Made by a program: the position numbers and the translations under genes
Shown here: one piece after another, positions 28,649-32,000 of the stretch
Position numbering within the stretch: position 1 is the first letter of the stretch
How the letters are laid out: each line of letters opens with the position of its first letter
The notes under the pieces: generated by a model
Databases searched by the model: none
What the model saw: only the letters and a program-made list of their open reading frames with translations
Told to the model about the DNA's origin: nothing
From: Delftia acidovorans NBRC 14950
Lineage (GTDB): Bacteria > Pseudomonadota > Gammaproteobacteria > Burkholderiales > Burkholderiaceae_C
DNA: 32,000 bases
Assembly (NCBI RefSeq): GCF_001598795.1
Contig: NZ_BCZP01000006.1
Location: 90,001 to 122,000 of the forward strand
Direction: 5' to 3'

Positions 28649-31600
28649 AGTGAAGCTCGATTCTGCTCGTTATCACTTCGAAGGAGAATACCAAGCATTT
28701 TTTCTGAGCACTCCTTCCATGTCATCCAAGACATATTGCTCGACAAAGGGTGCTTCTTCTGTTTGAAATAAGACAGCCAACTTAAAATATGATCTGCAAG
28801 TTCTACTGGATTTCTTGCGTCAAAATAGTAAGCATTCTGACCAGCCACCTCTCTAAACACCGTAATATCTCGAGCCATGATCGGCAGTTGATTAATTGCA
28901 GCCTCAATCAAGGGTAAGCCAAATCCTTCACCGTAAGAAGCAGCAATAAGGCAGGAACAAGACTTGTAGACATGTCCCAAATACTCATCGCTGATCCCAT
29001 TCAGCCAGAATAAATGCTTGCCATACTCTCTATGACTGACAATTCTTTCAACTAATTTATCCACCAACCATCCTTGTTTACCAACAAGCACCAGGCTGAG
29101 TTCTTCTCCGTTTTCCCACAGTTTTTCAAACGCCGATAATACCTGTTCATGGCCTTTACGAGGCTCTAGCGTTCCGACCATCAAAAAGCTGGGCTGAGAT
29201 TTCAGTTTCTGGAGTATTCCTTCAGAGTCCGAAGGCAATCCATATGTAGGAATGGAACTCTCCACATCTGCCCCAAGATGGGACCATTCGATCTCGAACG
29301 GCCGCCCACTGGAAATTTTATTCTCTATACGCCAAGATTCCAGATCGTTGGCCACGGATTTAGAGATACATATAGCGCCATCGCACTCATTGACAACTTC
29401 CAGCCAGCTTTGAAGCAACTTATCTCCATCGGGGATAAAGCAATGGGGAAACTGAAGCAACAATAAATCGTATACGACGAACTTGACATTTACGCCAGCT
29501 CTGCGCATCATTTGGAAATATTCTCGTTGCTTTGGCACAATGACCGGCTGCAAATCAAGTCCCAAGAAATAGTCCCCGGCTCGATAGCTGAGCGGTTCAT
29601 CCTCAAGCATTGAGCGAGGACAATTCAAAAATTCCAGTGTGAAATTACGAGCATACCGGTAACCAAGACCATTTTCAGACGCATATACTGGCTCGACTCT
29701 ATATCCAGGAAGAGGAAGCTTCAGCCACTCCTGAAGAATTGAGCGCACCACTCTCTGAATACCGCTACGTGAGTCACGCTGAATCAACTCAGAAATATCT
29801 ACCAGTATTTGTGTCTGGTATATTCTTGGAACGATCGAGGCATCGATCGATGAAGCTATATTCCTTAAACTCGTGTCATCCAAGATTGGATTAGCTATAG
29901 ATGCCATTCTATCTATTAGTGACTTGATGGAAGTGAGCCTCTCCGACTGAAAGTCCTCTATTGCCTCGAAATAACTAGCAGCACAGCTAGCCGGATCATG
30001 CTGCGTTTTGACGATTTCCCGCGCACGAGTCCCTAAGTCACGGCGATAAGATTCATCCTTACAAAGCATCATTAATGCTTCAACTAGCTGCGAGTCTTCA
30101 AATTCATCTTTCAACTTGAAGACCCCATCATCAGGTAGATCGCCCATGCTACCATTAGCATTGACAATGGTAGCCAACCCATAATTCATGCAATCAAGTA
30201 CAGCAGCGGACGTTTCTCCTCGAGATAAAGTGCGGAGCTGAACACCGATATCCGCAGCTTCCAGATATTTTTGGAATTCTCCAGAATTCAGCCAACCTGT
30301 AATCTTGATACGATCACCCAGCCCACTCTCAGCAATCAATCTTTCTAGAGATGCACCGTACTCGCCATTGTCATTTTCTCCGACAAATATTAGTGTGTAA
30401 CTCGGGTCGTTTGCCAAAGACGATTGAAGCCACGCATTAAGTAGCCGATGATTGAGCTTGGTCCTACCTAGTAACCCAAAGCTGCAAACTATGCAACTTC
30501 TTCCGCTCAATCCGAGAGCTTTTCTAGCGGAAAGGCGACTATTTACATCTAGCGTTCGTTGAGAGCGCAGCAAGGGAATAATTTTCCAGTGGTCCCCCGA
30601 ATTTTTTCCGTACCAATGCCTAGCCAACTCACGTGAAAATTCAGAGTGAACAATGATTCCCTGGGCAAGATCCAAGACGGAGTAGTTGCATGGATATTCC
30701 CAAATGGCATCGGACGTATCTTCTGCATGTATTCTCCGAGATATTGCATTATATCCGTGACTTGAATACAGAGATTTCGTCCAGATCCCAGGGGAGACTC
30801 CAATGTGCTCCATATGCGCAACTATTCCAGACAGGAAGAAATCGTGCAGAACAACGACACCAGGAATCATCCGCAACAAGCCAAACATGTGCTCATGGTA
30901 ATGAGAATTACCAAAATGATAAATTACCCGCTCGTAATTATCAGAATGATCCATAAACCATTGAACACTGCGTTTCCTGCAGTTACCTACTATCCATTCA
31001 TCGGCAATTGAATCTTGCACGACAATTACTTCAATCTCGTAGTATCGAGCCAGCTCTGGCAACAATTCGGCGCTATAGTCAGAAATTCCACTACGCTCGG
31101 GGGGCAAAGGTGATATATACGCAAGCAATGGCTTCTTGAATGGAATTTTCTTCTTCTGCCCTTCTTCACCTCCGAGCCAACCTTCGATTGCAGAAATGGT
31201 TAGCTTTGCACTTCTTTCCCAACTGAAGATTTTCGATTGCTCTACGCCATGTAACTCAAGTGATGTCTTGAACTCTGAATTCGAAAGCACATGCTGTATT
31301 TTTTTGGCAATGGATTCATCATTTTTAGGATCAAACAATGCATCAGATCGCCCAATCACCTCTGGCAAACTTGAGCAGTTAGATCCAATAACAGCACGGC
31401 CACAAGCCATGGCCTCCAATGCGGGCAAACCGAATCCTTCGTGCCAGGATGGAAATACGAATATCTTGCATAAATTGTAGAGTGCAAGCAAATCCTCATC
31501 CGAGACAAAGCCCGTTAGGATCAAATCCTTCTCATCGATGCCATGCTCTTTTGCCAACTCGACAAGACGCCAACGGTCAACATCTCGAATAGAGCAAACG

Positions 31601-32000
31601 ATGGCAAGCTGATGGTCTTTGCGAGTCTGAAGAGGTAGCCGAGCATAGGCTCGGATCAGACCTTCAATATTTTTCCGATAATCGATCCCACCGCCATACA
31701 TGATGAACGGTTTGGACAACCCATATCTTTCTCTTACGTTCCTTTCTGTTTCCTCATCTATATTTTTTTTTCTGAACTCTGAATCAATCCCCGCCCAGAC
31801 GGTGACGACGTCCGCCGATGAAAAACCAGCAAGCTCAATCGCCTCAGATTTTGTTGAATTGGAGTTGCATATTAGATAATCTGCACGTTTTAAATCATCT
31901 ATTTTCCCCAGATACCAAGCCCTCATTGAGGGATTTGCCAGATAATGATCCGCATATATAAGTGGAATTAAGTCGTGCAAAAAAACCACTGTCTTATAAG
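28645..32000 (-). CDS. Multi-module GT4 glycosyltransferase (at least three GT-B modules; WbdA/WxcA-like polymerising enzyme candidate); 5' end beyond the right window edge
   Basis: The track ORF begins at a GTG (31989), but the frame stays open to the window end (..YKT VVFLHDLIPL), so the N-terminus is missing. Module 1 runs to ~aa 275 (HEGFGLPALEAM). Module 2 is ~aa 287-680 (GETSAAVLDCM, a degenerate EX7E). Module 3 is ~aa 727-1100 (GEGFGLPLIEAA). Confidence 0.85.
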   Translation of the reverse strand, partial: YKTVVFLHDLIPLIYADHYLANPSMRAWYLGKIDDLKRADYLICNSNSTKSEAIELAGFSSADVVTVWAGIDSEFRKKNIDEETERNVRERYGLSKPFIMYGGGIDYRKNIEGLIRAYARLPLQTRKDHQLAIVCSIRDVDRWRLVELAKEHGIDEKDLILTGFVSDEDLLALYNLCKIFVFPSWHEGFGLPALEAMACGRAVIGSNCSSLPEVIGRSDALFDPKNDESIAKKIQHVLSNSEFKTSLELHGVEQSKIFSWERSAKLTISAIEGWLGGEEGQKKKIPFKKPLLAYISPLPPERSGISDYSAELLPELARYYEIEVIVVQDSIADEWIVGNCRKRSVQWFMDHSDNYERVIYHFGNSHYHEHMFGLLRMIPGVVVLHDFFLSGIVAHMEHIGVSPGIWTKSLYSSHGYNAISRRIHAEDTSDAIWEYPCNYSVLDLAQGIIVHSEFSRELARHWYGKNSGDHWKIIPLLRSQRTLDVNSRLSARKALGLSGRSCIVCSFGLLGRTKLNHRLLNAWLQSSLANDPSYTLIFVGENDNGEYGASLERLIAESGLGDRIKITGWLNSGEFQKYLEAADIGVQLRTLSRGETSAAVLDCMNYGLATIVNANGSMGDLPDDGVFKLKDEFEDSQLVEALMMLCKDESYRRDLGTRAREIVKTQHDPASCAASYFEAIEDFQSERLTSIKSLIDRMASIANPILDDTSLRNIASSIDASIVPRIYQTQILVDISELIQRDSRSGIQRVVRSILQEWLKLPLPGYRVEPVYASENGLGYRYARNFTLEFLNCPRSMLEDEPLSYRAGDYFLGLDLQPVIVPKQREYFQMMRRAGVNVKFVVYDLLLLQFPHCFIPDGDKLLQSWLEVVNECDGAICISKSVANDLESWRIENKISSGRPFEIEWSHLGADVESSIPTYGLPSDSEGILQKLKSQPSFLMVGTLEPRKGHEQVLSAFEKLWENGEELSLVLVGKQGWLVDKLVERIVSHREYGKHLFWLNGISDEYLGHVYKSCSCLIAASYGEGFGLPLIEAAINQLPIMARDITVFREVAGQNAYYFDARNPVELADHILSWLSYFKQKKHPLSSNMSWMTWKECSEKMLGILLRSDNEQNRASL

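Overview
The window is a high-GC, betaproteobacterium-like chromosome segment that runs into a progressively AT-richer surface-glycan locus. Gene content and order are reminiscent of Comamonadaceae, but that is only a guess. I hand-counted GC on single 60-nt lines: 41/60 at 1-60 versus 23/60 at 27421-27480.

Block A (1-6.3 kb, minus strand) is a polyol (mannitol/sorbitol-type) ABC uptake operon: binding protein, two permeases and an ATPase. It continues with a mannitol 2-dehydrogenase and a PfkB fructokinase that runs off the left edge and is absent from the supplied ORF track.

Block B (6.3-15.4 kb) is housekeeping:
- a cytoplasmic SMP-30-type lactonase;
- divergent pgi/zwf separated by an AT-rich spacer with two related GTAAY-N3-RTTAC palindromes (HexR-like operator candidates);
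- engB and an epoxide-hydrolase-like alpha/beta hydrolase;
- two ATGA-coupled LpxL-family lipid A late acyltransferases;
- metK with a clean intrinsic terminator.

Block C (15.5 kb to beyond 32 kb) is a glycan locus in two opposed parts.
1. The plus-strand part has a TMTC/PMT-like GT-C membrane protein with C-terminal TPR repeats, followed by a GT4 fused to a Dpm1-like GT2.
2. The long minus-strand operon reads, in transcription order:
- a protein with at least three GT4 modules (5' end off-window);
- a PIG-V/GT76-like GT-C;
- a 167-aa membrane-anchored protein;
- a 367-nt non-coding gap;
- a WbqC-like protein;
- an ArnC/GtrB-like GT2;
- an LbH acyltransferase;
- an ArnE/F-like 4-TM protein;
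- a WecE-like aminotransferase;
- gmd, rmd and a GT4.

The most interesting reading is a GDP-D-rhamnose-type 6-deoxyhexan backbone pathway combined with an Arn/Gtr-like lipid-carrier route. That route would deliver an N-acylated 4-amino-6-deoxyhexose across the membrane to an unusual PIG-V-like GT-C. A second, separate GT-C plus polyprenyl-phosphate-sugar-synthase-like pair sits next door.

I saw no tRNA/rRNA genes, CRISPR arrays, transposases or integrases. All family assignments come from motif recognition by eye and memory, not from searches.
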